In this document: positions 1 through 12,774 of the stretch, piece by piece
How the letters are laid out: every line of letters starts with the position of its first letter
How positions within the stretch are numbered: the stretch's first letter is position 1
Source of the DNA: Ionaspis alba
Taxonomy: Eukaryota
Reading direction: 5' to 3'
Length of the DNA: 38,618 bases
Assembly (NCBI GenBank): GCA_964255285.1
Contig: CAXUUL010000067.1
Coordinates: forward strand, 1 to 38,618
The notes under the pieces: generated by a model
The model's input: the letters and a program-made list of their open reading frames with translations, nothing else
Told to the model about the DNA's origin: nothing
Databases searched by the model: none
Made by a program: the position numbers and the translations under genes

Positions 1-1
1 G

Positions 2-88
2 GATGGGGATGAGGTTGGGGTGGGAACCGGGGAGAAGAAGAATAGGTTCAGTGGGTTGAGGAAGAAGACGAGTGCGCTTTTGATGTGA
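2..88 (+). CDS. Possible 3' end of a gene entering from the left edge (..DGDEVGVGTGEKKNRFSGLRKKTSALLM*)
   Basis: Open frame from 2 to TGA at 86-88. G-rich codon usage matches the 3' ends of other genes here. No homology recognised. Confidence 0.3.
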   Translation, partial: DGDEVGVGTGEKKNRFSGLRKKTSALLM

Positions 89-898
89 TGTGGGAGGTTT
101 GAGAAACGGAGGTAGCAGAGAAAAGGGGGATGATGGGTGTACTATATTGGGTTGGTGTTTGGGAGGCATGATGGTCGTACGGCGCGGGTTGACTGTTTAG
201 TGGGAACAGAGGCGTGGCATTGGAGGTGTTTCTGTTTCTGGTTCTCGTTTTGTGGGAGCCATGGCCATGGGTCAGGAGGTTGGATGTATTATGGGGGTTG
301 AACGGAAGGAATGTCTGGATAATGGGAGTATGAGGTTGGGATATGGCATCTGGGTGGTTGACTTCATTATGCATATAGTTGCTGAAGTGTCACTATGCGG
401 GTATGCGGTACGATTAGATATGAGGTCTAGATTATGGTAGATCTAGATCATGAGAATGATGAGATAGAGATACAATAAGACTCTCTGATCTAATAGGAGT
501 AATTTATTGGTCTTGTTCCCATCTCATTTTGTTGGACCGCTTCACGATCTCCGGTTCAAGAGATGAATGGCCACAATCGTTGAACGCAACTCAGCAGCCC
601 TGGACCGAGTACTTGAGGTGCAGGTAACACGAAGATCCAAACCCAGATGCGTGTGTGGTCTTATTGCGGCAATGATCATCTATAGCCCAGGCATTGCCTC
701 CAGTTACCGAACGCTTCGCTCAGACCAAATGCACTCAGCAACGGTTTCTTAGCGTCTTAACACCGCTAACATAGTCATGTCCATCCAGCTGGAACATTAT
801 TACCCCGATCTCATTGAAGTTCTGTACGCCACCGAGCACTTTTCTCGACCTGAAGTGCCCTGTCCTCGGTCAACCCGTGCCTTCCCGTTCACCGCATG

Positions 899-1517
899 TC
901 ATCCCAGCGCAAGCTCATAAGCTATCACCAGCGTATTAATCACAATCAGGGGTACTGCAATACCACGCATCAGCTTATGTTTCTCCACCAGTCACCCCTC
1001 AACATCCTCTCCCACGACCCAGACGGGTCCCCCCCAAGCTTCTCATTGTCGATGACCATGGATTGGGTTCACGAGCAAAAGGCAAAAGGAAGTGGCAGTA
1101 CGTACTCCTCATCAGGGTCCGCACACTGGCTATCAGTGTTATGATCTTGGCTTTGACGCTCGTCGTGTCGTTCGTACTCCCGAAACTGGGCGATGTGGGA
1201 GTGGTGCCCCAACCGACTGTCCGAACAAAGCACAATCAGCATTCTCCACTCTCCTATCAATTCCATAGCCCCAGCCAGTACCGGCGATCGAAGGACAGAT
1301 CGAGAGGGAACGGAAAGGAGAACGTACTCCGCGCCAAAAACCTATCCTCGGAAAGAATCGCGACTGCGTTGACGAGGAGGATGGAAACTGGTGCTGCCTG
1401 TTAGCTAACCTCTTCTTGCTTCACTGGCGAGAGCGCCAATTGGGAGAGAGGGGAGGAAGGCGAAGAAGAGACAAAGGCCTTACCGTAGACGATACCTCCG
1501 AGTCCGAAAAAGACCAT
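899..1517 (-). CDS. YOS1: Yos1 ER-Golgi transport membrane protein (86 aa, 4 exons)
   Basis: Exons 1517-1484, 1387-1328, 1216-1106 and 954-899, all GT-AG. Spliced product MVFFGLGGIVYVSILLVNAVAILSEDRFLARIGWG...SVKAKIITLIASVRTLMRIPLIVINTLVIAYELALG* carries the Yos1 signatures NAxAILSEDRFL and SVRTLMRIPLI. Confidence 0.93.
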
Positions 1518-2376
1518 CTTGAGGATTGTTCTCCTAAATTGACGGAAGAAATGAGAAGGGTACTAAGTAAAGCTGCACATGGAAGCGTGTACTTTTTGGG
1601 CCTCGTAGGGCTGACTCTGATATCCTAGGGCTGAGGGCAATTTCTTGGCTGTTTGTGGCATCTATGGCCTCACGTCTCTTCTGTGTGATTAGTATGGGAT
1701 ATGGCTTCGCTGCACAGGCGTTCTCCCGTGTCCCTGCCCTTTACGGATTCTCGAGTATTACATCTTTGACTCATGTGTTTCAATACGCGGTCCTCATAAA
1801 TTGAGCTGAGAATCCTCGAAAGTCGTGGAAATCAATTGGCTTTCGCCTATATACGAATGCGTTACGCAGGAGCAGGCGAGCCCTGTACCACGCTCTACAT
1901 CGCTGTCTTTCTCCTCAGACTCGTTGTATGACGAACAGTCATGGCCGACCAGGTTCCGCTCACCCCACAGCTTCAAAGACTAGAGCCTGACCGCATGTCT
2001 TCCATTCCATCGGACCTCGGTATTTATGCCGCCGTCTTCCCCTCCTCCGCAAAGCATACAACCCTCAACCGTAGAGAATTATAACAAATCCTTCCTCAGC
2101 TTCTGTGTATCATTTTGTGCTTCTGTTGACTTACAAAGCCTCTTTCATAAATGCTATACAATATCTACATTGCGATCGATTGCGGCGTAGAAGACTTGCA
2201 TAAGAGGTTGGGATTACAAATATTGAGCTGGTTTTTAAGAGCATAAATTGAGCTGCTTTTCGTCTGCTCTTTTGTCTATCAAGAAGACTCTTGTGTTCTC
2301 TGAAGAAGATCGAACTTGTTTACCATCCATATTCTTTTTTCTTTGCTAAGACCCCAATTCTGGGATATCAAACACA

Positions 2377-3794
2377 ATGCCTTCCCTCGAAGAAACCTTC
2401 GAGGCCGCCTGCGCCGCTAGAGAAATCCCAGGTGCAGTCCTGCTAGCCACCGACAGATCTGGTAACCAAGCTCAACCCTCCTCCTCCTCCTCCTCCTCCT
2501 CGTCGACATCACCGCCCTACTAACAACAATCTCCAGGCGACTTCCAATACGCCAAAGCCTTCGGCACCCGCTCTCTCAAAGACCCCAAAACTAACGACCC
2601 GCTTCCCATAGACGCCGTAATGTGGATAGCCTCCTGCACGAAACTCATGACCGCAATCGCCGTCCTACAATGCGTAGAACGCGGGCTCTTGAAGCTAGAC
2701 GACGACGTCACGTCGATCCTGCACGAGCTCAAAGATCTCCAAGTCCTGGAGGGGTTTGAAGAAAGATCCGGGAAGCCGATTTTGACGAAGAGGACGAATC
2801 CCATAACTCTGCGGTCAGTTCTCACCGACTCGTTCAAGAGTATAAGATACGAGCGGGTTACTGACTCTCCACCAGACAACTCCTCACCCACTCCTCCGGC
2901 CTGGGCTACGACCTCTTCGACCCCATGTTGATGCGCTGGCGCACCAGCCGTGGCGAAAAAATCGGCGCCGGCTCCACCATCCAAGACCGCTATTCCTGCC
3001 CCCTCCTCTACCAACCCGGGACCGGGTGGCGCTACTCCCCCGGTCCTGACTGGGCGGGCCTGATGGTCGAGCGCGTGAACGATGGTATCTCTCTGCAAGC
3101 GTATATGCAGAAATATCTCTGGCAGCCGCTGGGGATCAGGGATATGACGTTCTGGCTGAAAGACCGCGAGGATTTGCGTGCCAGGATGCCGGATGTGAGT
3201 GTGCGGGATCCGCAGGGGGGCGCCGCGGCTGTCTATGCGGAGGGGTTGCCGATGTTTTTTCAGGATGCGAAGGATGCGATGGGCGGGAGTGGCGTTCGGG
3301 GGACTGCGCCGGAGTACCTGAAGATTTTGCAGGCGCTGCTGGTGAATGAGGGGAAGGTGCTGAAGAATGAGTCGGTGGATGAACTGTTCAGACCGAGTTT
3401 GAGTGGGCAGAGTAAGGAGGCGCTGAAGAAGATTGTCAGTGATCCGGTGACGAATTTGATGTTGGGGGGGTTGCCGTTGGGGAGGGAGAAGGATTATGCG
3501 GTGGGAGGGATGGTGTTGGAGGAGGATATGCCGGGATGGACGAGGAGAGGGATGCTGTCTTGGGGTGGGATGCCGAATTTGGTTTGGGTATGTTGGAACT
3601 TCTTCTTATGATCTGTGGAGGTTTTTTTTTTTTGACTGATGGCCTGTGAACAGTGGATTGATCGTGAGGCTGGGATCTGTGGGATGTATGCTTCACAGAT
3701 TCTGCCGCCGGGGGATGCTAAGTCCAACGAGTTGAATGGGGTTTTTCAGAGGACTATGTATGAGAGGATGGGAAAGGAGAAGGCGAAGATTTGA
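2377..3794 (+). CDS. Beta-lactamase/serine-hydrolase family protein (LovD/EstB-like esterase or acyltransferase)
   Basis: Exons 2377-2461, 2537-2813, 2876-3587 and 3654-3794. Motifs: IASCTK (SxxK), RQLLTHSSGLGY, PGTGWRYSPG and WGGMPNLVW|WIDR. Ends in AKI*. Confidence 0.9.
2477..2500 (+). repeat. (CCT)8 microsatellite in intron 1 of the beta-lactamase-like gene
   Basis: Read directly from the sequence. Confidence 0.9.
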
Positions 3795-4820
3795 GGAGGC
3801 GGAGGAGAGGGAGGAAAGAGGATGATCGGTGGTGGATATATGGGAAGGGGATATATCCTATAGCTACAGTAGAGGATCCAATTGTGGAGTGAAGATTTAC
3901 ATCGGATTCTTAACGTGCTCGTCAAAACCAATCGTCCACTCAAAATAGCTTCCCAGGAATTAGTCTTTCGGTACGAACCGGAAAATATCAATGCCGTCGA
4001 TTCCTTTGCGAGGATCTTATTGGTTTTGAAAAGATACGCGGGCTTTTGGCAGATCAACAGTGCCAATGGAGGCGGAGACGGCAGAAAGTGTGTGTGGTGA
4101 GCAGGCAGAAGTGTCAACCTCAACCCCGCCCCTTGATGCGCAAAGCACGGCAATCCTGGCCAGCTGACGCACCGGACTAGTTTGCACATCGTGACCAGAG
4201 AACATGGATTAGGGGGTCGTCAAATGGACGGCAATCAATTGAAGGGATATCTCCATGTCGTGGAATTTTGTGGGGAAAGATTGTCACTCTCGCGGTCAAT
4301 TCGTTGGTTTTGGTCACAATGACTATAAATTCTTTTTGTAGAATAAATGTCAGTGTAGACGCTGCATGAAGGATCATTTGCTTGTGATGATCATGATGAT
4401 GTTGATAATACTTCTGGTGCTGTGTCCGCCAATCTTGCAGCTGCGAAACAATGACGGCATCTGCCAAGAGATCGTTCGAGGCGCTCTATCGTCTGCCCAC
4501 TCCAACCAAGCGGGCAAGCTGCTAATCTTTTCACTCCGTCGACTTTCTACCTCCACTTCTCTCCTCCTCCCACTACTCCCTCTCTCCACAGTCCTCATCT
4601 TGAGTGACTATCCTCATCACCTCCCTATCACCATCCCATCATCGGAGGTAGAGCTGCTTCAAGCTGAAGGAGGAGTCGCCAAGGCCTTTCCCGTTTCCAC
4701 CAAAAGCGGAGCTCTCTAACGTCAACGAAGTCCCTGCATCTGACAGGCACCTCGCCTTGACCTTGTCTAGAGATTTTCCCTAGCCACTCCATGAGCTTTG
4801 TAAAGCTCTCATCCTGAAAC

Positions 4821-6482
4821 ATGGTATCTCTCTGGGGTACCAAAGATGGCGAAGAGGAGCAAGCTGGAGACCGTGACCCCAATGCCCAAAACGGTGAAGG
4901 AAGCGGTCCGAATGGTGGCCGAAGAAGTCATGAAGCAGATGAGCGGACTAGACTCCTACCACCCCGACGTGATGGATATCTAGATCCTGATGATCCAGCT
5001 GTGAGTGACAACTTACAAAGATCTCTATGCATAAGTAGAAGCTGATCATATACCCCAAAGGTCTCCCCGTACAACCTCTGGAGCGTCCGAGCCCTTCGCT
5101 ACCTCACCGTCATCTTCCTCATCATCACCTTCCTGTGGTGGGTAATCCTGCTCGTCTCCATCTTCGTCAGCCCCCCCATGATGCACTCCCGGGGCTCCGG
5201 CTTCTTCGACTTCTCCTTCACAACCCTCACAGCCGGCAACCTCCTCGTCGCCATCCTCTTCTTCTCCGTCCCCTCCAAAGCCATGGAGATCTCCAGCCTC
5301 GTCATCGCCGGCTTCCTCCTCATCGACGTCCTCATCGTCAGCGTAACGCCCCGTCTCCGCTCCGAAGAAGGCTGGGTAGGCATCGCCTCCGTCGTCTGGG
5401 CAACCCTCATGGCCCTCTGGAACGTCTTCGCCGACCGCGTGGTAGCCTGGGGCAAAAAAGAAGAAGAAGAGCGACTCACCGGCCGGTCGGAAACCCGCCG
5501 CACCGTCCGCGAATGGTGTGCGGTGATCACTTCCTTCGTAATCATGGTCGTCATGATCGCCGTCGTCTTCCTGCTCACCGCAACACTGATCCTACGCTCC
5601 CGCGACGCTTCCCTCAAACCCCCCGGCGACCGCTGGTTCGTCGATGGCGATAAATACAAAGTCCACGTCGCCTGTATGGGCGAGGTAACCACCGCTCCGA
5701 ACGGCAAACGCAACCCCACCGTCCTCGTCGAAGCAGGCGAACAGCCCTTCGAAGACACCTTCGACGACTGGGTCTACTCCGCCTACACCAACGGCACCAT
5801 CTCCCGCTACTGCTACTGGGACCGTCCCGGCTTCGCCTGGTCCGACAATGCCCCCTCCCCGCACTCGGCCGGTATGTCCGCTGATGCGCTCTCCGAAGCT
5901 CTGGCCGAGGCGGGCGAGAAGGGGCCTTGGATCCTCGTGTCTGCGGGTATTGGCAGTATCTACAGCCGCATTTTTTCGAGCCGGCATACCGGCCAGATCA
6001 AGGGCCTTTTCTTGATCGATGGCTTGCATGAAGACCTGCTCTACCAGGTCGGGAATCCGGGCAGGGGCTTCTTGCTCTGGGCCTGGGGTGTTATTTCCCC
6101 GCTTGGACTGGACAGGTTGCCGGCTGCGCTGTTCAAGGGGAGGACGCGAGAGGATCGAGTGTATGGGCAGTCGGCGTACCAGTCGGGGAAATATATTAAG
6201 GCGAAGTTGCAGGAGAATTTGGTGGCTAACTCGTTGACGAAGAATGAGATCTCCCAGGCTAGGAATATTCAGGGGAAGAAGACCCCGTTGGTGGTTGTCA
6301 GTTCGGGGGATATGGTTCAGAAGGAGGAGGGGTGGGAGGAGAAACAGAGAGATTTGACGACTGTGACGCATAATCTTGTGGGGTGGGATGTGGTGGAGGG
6401 CGCGCCGCATGAGGTTTGGAGGACGGCGGAGGGGAGGAGGGTGCTGGAGATGAGGTTGGGAGAGTTGGTGAAGGGTGCTTAG
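4821..6482 (+). CDS. Multi-pass membrane protein with C-terminal alpha/beta-hydrolase fold (YNL115C-like, about 533 aa)
   Basis: Exons 4821-5000 and 5061-6482 (intron GTGAGT..AAG). DERTRLL..YLDPDDPAVSPYNLWSVR, about 5 hydrophobic helices, then hydrolase-fold motifs YCYWDRPGFAWSD, WILVSAGIG, LIDGLHE and GAPH. Confidence 0.85.
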
Positions 6483-6929
6483 GCGAAGGAATGATGGGTG
6501 AGAACGGTGGTTAGGAAGAAAAGTTTGTAAAAGGGATGGTAGCACATATTGCATAGGGGATTGTTTCGTTTTGTTGTGTTTGGTTCTGTATAACTATTCA
6601 TTGTGCTGTGAGTGATGAGGATGATGCGAAGCTAATAGTCGTTTTATGTGAAATCATTTGGCGGTTTTTAAGCGGTTGGTATGGTGGTGATACTCGACTC
6701 ATAGCGGTTGATATAAATTGTTTTCGTCTTGATCAATTCTACTTCATACAGAATGAGCATGTCATCATGCTGCCGGCTTCCAAGGTTAGACCATGTGCAT
6801 CTTCAAAGGCATCCGAGCAACCCATATACCTGGCTTTTATGTCCACCTTCTACTCTCAAGGAACTATGCCTTAGCCCTTGGTCATCCAACATTCTATATC
6901 GTTGAGTCAGAGTTTTATTTGGTTTCTGG

Positions 6930-7813
6930 CTATTCTTGCTTCCAGGGTAATCCCAGTTCTCGCATTCTAACAGCCAATTGGAAAATGTAATCCAAGCTAC
7001 TTCGAATCAGTTCCTGCCTGTACAAACGTCGAATAATCTCACCTCTCAGCTTGCGTCTTCGCCTTGGGCACGTTGTCTCCCCAGACATATCTACACAAGT
7101 TAGCGTCTCTTCGGAAGGGTTCCTGAGGGAAGTCATACATTCCATGCCGTCTCACCAGCACGGCATACGTATCCGGGTATTCCTCCATCGCAGCCTGCAG
7201 GCTACTCGTGAGATTCTCTTCTCTAGTACACAGTCAGTCCTAGCACTTTCGAGAATGCGCGAAGTGCTTACTGTGCTGTATTGTCAATAATTGGCACCGT
7301 CAACGTATCAAAATACCCCAACATTCCCTCCTTTCCCCTCCCCCTCGGAATCCCTTTAATCTGCTCAATGCACTCAATCTCGAAACACTTCCTCCCCTCG
7401 TCTCCCTCCTTCTCCTTCCCCTCCCTCTCATCCCTCTCTACCAAAAGCGTAACCAAAACCGCCCACTGACTATGCGTATGAATACAGCACCCCGCACCCC
7501 GATCAAAAGCCGCCAGAAACAACGGCGTGCACGCCGACGGCTTCAGAGCAGGAGGCTTCCGTAAATAGGTCCTAGAGGCATAGTCGAGGACAAAGATGTC
7601 GTGGGGTTCCAGCAGCTCCTTCTGGACGCCGGAGGGCGCGATGAAGATGTGCGGACCTTCCCGGATCGAGGTTCCGCCGCCGGTGCCAGTTACCCAGCCT
7701 AGGTTATAGAAGGCACGGCAGAGGGTGGGGATGAGGTTTGCGGGGTAGGTGGGAGATGGGGAGAGAATTAGGTCATTGTGGTTGAGAGTGGATGGGTAGT
7801 TTGTGGTGGACAT
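6930..7813 (-). CDS. MDE1: Methylthioribulose-1-phosphate dehydratase (methionine salvage; APIP/MtnB family)
   Basis: Exons 7813-7272, 7222-7139, 7090-7043 and 6996-6930. Motifs [39 protein letters not shown] and VLVRRHGIYVWG. Confidence 0.95.
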
Positions 7814-8166
7814 GGTTTAATCTTTCTTTGAGATTCTTAGCACGCATTGGATAGCGATATACAGCGATACAACAATAATTGATCTTTGAACCTCATATTC
7901 CTTGCACACTCAAATCATAATGGATAGAATGTGAAAATCTTCTTTTTTATGGATGTGGTTGTAGAACAATTCCCATGGGCAGTGCTTAGGACCAACAAAC
8001 AACAAAATATCATTGCGGCGTGAACGCGTTTACGGACCTGGCGGAGCACCCTAGTAATCCAACAGCAGATGACCTAATTCACCGAGCTAGTTGTCCGTAT
8101 GTAGACCGAGTGCAAGGCATGACATCAAATAAATCAAGTCTCTCATAAAGATGTCCGAAATAGGAT

Positions 8167-8181
8167 TGAACGTTCTAGAAG
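8167..8181. promoter_or_regulatory. Perfect heat-shock element (nGAAnnTTCnnGAAn) in the divergent MDE1/calnexin promoter
   Basis: tGAAcgTTCtaGAAg lies about 230 bp upstream of the calnexin ATG. Confidence 0.55.
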
Positions 8182-8411
8182 TGTCGCACGGATGAAGTAA
8201 ATTACAACTAGCGTATCTAGCGAAAACGAAAACAATTCGTGGAGCTTCAATTTCCGAAAAGGCCAGCTTTCAACTCTCTTTCCATCAGTGTCCGCATTTG
8301 AGCACTACAATCTCCTGTCGCTAACTTCACGTCTCCTTCCCATCACCTATCTTTGGCTTAGATCTTGTCTTTTGCCAACAGGTGGTGCTTTAAGCAGTCC
8401 CGGGATCCAAG

Positions 8412-10404
8412 ATGCGTTTCGACGCTGTTCTAGCTTCCGCGCTCTATTCCTCTGCACTGCTCTATGGGCAGGTCCGGGCAGACGAAGTTGAAGATGCAGC
8501 GGAGTCTTCGACTACTTCGGTAGTGGAGTCTTCTACTTCTACGGCTATTGAGAAGCCAACCTTCACTGTATGCAATGATTCTTGGGCGCTCATAGCTGGC
8601 TCCTTCGGGTAGCCTGGAAAGCAAATAAAAGTTATACTGACTTATAAAACAGCCTTCAAATATCAAAGCGCCATTCTTTGAGCAATTTACCGAGGATTGG
8701 GCATCAAGATGGGCGCCGTCACACGCAAAGAAGGAAGACTCCAAGACCGACGAAGAGTGGGCATACGTGGGAGAGTGGGCTGTGGAGGAGCCCCATGTTC
8801 TCAAGGCCATTGAGGGAGACAAGGGGCTTGTAGTCAAGAATCCAGCAGCCCATCACGCCATATCAGCCAAATTCGACAAGAAGATCGATAACAAGGGCAA
8901 GACTCTTGTTGTCCAGTATGAAGTCAAACTTCAAAGTACGTGGCTCGATCATTTGAAAAAGCTTTAGATTCTTGCTAACAACGATCTCTAGATGGCCTCG
9001 AGTGTGGTGGAGCATATATGAAGCTCCTCCAGGACAACAAGGCACTACACGCCGAGGAATTCTCGAACGCTTCCCCCTATATTATTATGTTTGGCCCTGA
9101 CAAGTGTGGAGCCACAAACAAGGTAGGTCGCACTAATTTAGTATTTCACACTCTGGCTACATACTAAACAGTCATATCAGGTTCACTTCATCTTCAGGCA
9201 CAAGAATCCCAAATCTGGCGAATACGAAGAAAAGCACCTCAAGAGTGCTCCCATGGCTCGCATCGAGAAACAGACCAACCTCTACACTCTCATCGTCAAA
9301 CCAGACCAGACCTTCATGATCCAGATCAATGGCGAAACCTTGAAGAATGGTAGTCTTTTTGAAGAATTCACACCATCTATCAATCCTGAAAAGGAGATTG
9401 ATGATCCCAAAGACTCCAAGCCAGATGACTGGGTTGATGAGGCCAGAATTGCCGATCCCGAAGCCAAGAAACCAGAAGACTGGGATGAGGACGCTCCTTA
9501 CGAGATTGTCGACGAAGACGCCACCAAACCCGCCGACTGGCTGGACGACGAGCCGAGCATGATCCCAGACCCAGAGGCAGAGAAGCCAGAAGATTGGGAT
9601 GATGAGGAAGATGGTGACTGGATCCCACCGAGTGTCCCCAACCCCAAATGTGAGGAGGCCTCTGGCTGCGGCAAATGGGAACGACCAACCAAGAAGAATC
9701 CCGACTTCAAAGGAAAATGGACAGCACCTTTCATCGACAACCCAGCATACAAGGGTATCTGGAAACCAAGGAAGATCAAGAATCCCGATTACTTCGAAGA
9801 CAAGACTCCCGCCAATTTCGAGCCCATGGGAGCTGTAAGTTCAACTGCACTGTCACTCAAGAAACAATGCTAATGCAGGAAATAGATCGGATTTGAGATC
9901 TGGACTATGCAAAACGACATCATGTTCGACAACATCTATATCGGCCACTCCATCGAAGACGCCGCCAAGCTCAAAGCCGAAACCTACGATATCAAGCACC
10001 CCATCGAAGCCGCCGAGGAGGAAGCCACGAAGCCCAAGCCATCCGACACTCCCAAGTCACCTCTGGACCTCAAATTTATGGATGATCCCATGCTCTTCGT
10101 GAAGGAGAAATGGGAGCTCTTCCTCACCATCGCCAAGAGAGATCCCATCGAAGCCGTGAAATTCGTCCCGGAAATCGCTGGAGGTCTAGGTCTCCTTGTC
10201 ATTACCATGCTTGCAATTATCGTCGGAGCTATCAGCATGAGCAGCGCTACGCCCCCTCCTCAGGTCAAGAAAGCTGCGGAGAAGGCTAAGGAGACGGCTG
10301 CTTCGACGACGGATCAGGTTGTTGATGCTGTTTCTTCGGGTGCGGAGAAGGTCCAGTCGGAGGTTAATAAGCGGACTACGCGTTCGTCGGGACCGGCTGA
10401 GTAA
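8412..10404 (+). CDS. CNE1: Calnexin (ER lectin chaperone)
   Basis: Exons 8412-8567, 8653-8935, 8992-9122, 9181-9834 and 9886-10404. Signal peptide, [21 protein letters not shown]-domain repeats KPEDWDE and GxWxxPxIxNP, C-terminal TM helix. Confidence 0.97.
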
Positions 10405-10862
10405 GGGGTGAATGGTGGTTGGGTGCTGGGATGAGTGAGAGGGTGGATTAGTGGGGAGTCTATCCTCATGGAGGAGAGAGATGAGAGTTGGAATGGAGGG
10501 GAGACATATTGCAAGCAATTGAGAGCTTTGCGTGGCCCTCTTCTCGAGATGTTCTGTTGCTAGTTGTACAATATTTTTGGCTTCGCAGAAAGCCTTCGAA
10601 AATGAAAAGCTAATACATCGTCGTTGTCTGCTCATGTCTATAATTTGTTCACTATAATGTTTTTATAGATTGCAACGACAATTTCTGTTTTGGCGGTAGT
10701 GTTGCACCCAATGCCGGTTATCCTACCCCCTCGTCCGCCGTCCGGGGTTGCCCGACCCCTGTCATCGGCAAACTGCACCCCGCATAACGGCTTCGAGCTA
10801 TGGAATTTATTTTGAAAGAGCCTCCCACATTTTCGAGAAGCTAGCCATTCCAATGTTCAAAA

Positions 10863-12774
10863 ATGTCGTCAGCTTCCAGACAAATACTTAGACGGTCGTT
10901 ACTCAATCTTCCACTCCGCACCTCTACTCCACACCGAACAGCTTCACTTCCAATTGCCTGTTCACGATTGCGGGGATCTCAAAACAGCTCAAGATACCTT
11001 CATTCCAGTCCCGGACGTCTCAATCCAGCCGGGACAACCACAGCAGCAACAATGGCAGAAGAATACCCCACCAGCCACAAGCAGATCCAAAAACCAATCG
11101 ACACCACCAACTTCATCGACAACCAATTCCTCCCCTCAAAAACCACCTCCTGGATCGACCTCCACGACCCCGCGACCAACAACCTCGTCACCCGCGTCCC
11201 CCAAAGTACCGACACCGAACTGCGCGCCGCTGTCGCCAGCGCCGCAAAAGCCTTCCCAGCATGGCGCGCCACCAGCATCATGAGTAGGCAACAAATCATG
11301 TTCAAATTCGTAGGGCTGATCCGGCAACACTGGGATCGGCTGGCCGCGAGCATTACGCTGGAGCAGGGCAAGACGTTTGCGGACGCGAGGGGGGATGTGT
11401 TGCGCGGATTGCAGGTCGCGGAGACGGCGTGTGGGATTACGACGCAGATTACGGGGGAGGTGTTGGAGGTGGCGAAGGATATGGAGACGAGGAGTTATCG
11501 GGAGCCGTTGGGGGTTGTGGCTGCTATCTGTCCTTTTAGTACGTCCTCTGCACATACGTTTCCAACGGAGTCTGCAAGACTGATTGATGTGCATTTTAGA
11601 TTTCCCTGCCATGATTCCCCTCTGGTCCATCCCCATCGCCACAATAACAGGCAACACGCTGCTCATCAAGCCCTCCGAGCGAGACCCCGGCGCTGCTATG
11701 ATCCTCGCTGAGCTGGCTGAGAAAGCCGGATACCCGCCCGGTGTGGTGAATATCATCCACGGCTCGGCGAAGACGGTCGATTTCATCATCGACGATCCAA
11801 GCATCAAAGCTATCAGCTTCGTCGGCAGCAACAAAGCCGGTGAATATATCTACACGCGGGGATCCGCGCAAGGAAAACGCGTCCAGGCGAATTTGGGCGC
11901 TAAAAACCACGCCGCGGTGATGCCCGATTGCAACAAGAATCACGCCTTGAATGCCATCACGGGTGCGGCGTTCGGGGCTGCGGGGCAGAGGTGTATGGCG
12001 TTAAGTACGCTTGTGATGGTTGGCGAGACGAATGCCTGGCTCCCGGAGTTGGCGGAGAGAGCGAAGAAGTTGAAGGTTGATGGCGGATTCGAGGAGGGTG
12101 CGGATCTAGGTCCGGTCATTAGTCCGCAGAGCAAGGCCAGGATTGAGGGACTGATTGCGAGTGCAGAAGAGGAGGGGGCGACGATTTTGTTGGATGGAAG
12201 AGGGTACAAGCCTGAGAAATATCCGGATGGGAATTGGGTAGGTCACTTGGCTTCTTTCTTCTGACAGTGAGTCCATGAAAGCTGAGCTAAGGTGTTGTCT
12301 AGATTGCTCCAACGATCATCACGGGCGTTAAGCCTCATATGAAATGCTACACCGAGGAAATCTTCGGTCCCGTTCTCGTCTGCCTCGAAGCACCGACCCT
12401 GGACGCTGCTATCGACCTTATCAATGCAAACGAGTACGGCAACGGCACAGCTATCTTCACCCGCTCCGGCGCTACCGCAGAACGATTCCGGAAGAATGTC
12501 GAAGCTGGACAAATTGGCATTAATATCCCCATCCCAGGTACTTCACCTCTCATCCCCTTATACTGAAAGATATGCTGATAACGGGAAAGTGCCATTGCCA
12601 ATGTTCCAATTCAGTGGGAACAAGAAATCGGTAGCTGGAGGCGGCGCGAGCAACTTTTACGGAAAGCCGGGATTGAACTTTTATACGCAGTGGAAGACTG
12701 TGACGAGTTTGTGGAAGGAGGAGGATGCGGGGTTGAAGGAGGGGAGTGCGGTCAATATGCCAACGCATAGTTGA
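10863..12774 (+). CDS. mmsA: Mitochondrial methylmalonate-semialdehyde dehydrogenase (ALDH6 family)
   Basis: Exons 10863-11538, 11600-12237, 12303-12537 and 12590-12774. Arg/Ser-rich presequence, [40 protein letters not shown] (catalytic Cys) and EEIFGPV. Confidence 0.96.

Noticed and set aside
3746..4719. ORFs of 72-147 aa between the lactamase-like and YNL115C-like genes
   Set aside because: No motifs or coding-like codon pattern. They are consistent with UTR and promoter sequence.
5592..6554. 320-aa antisense ORF, and similar long antisense ORFs at 5099-5758, 11136-11834, 18063-19058, 18781-19527 and 30626-31186
   Set aside because: These are shadows of real genes on the opposite strand caused by codon bias. 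They have no recognisable motifs.
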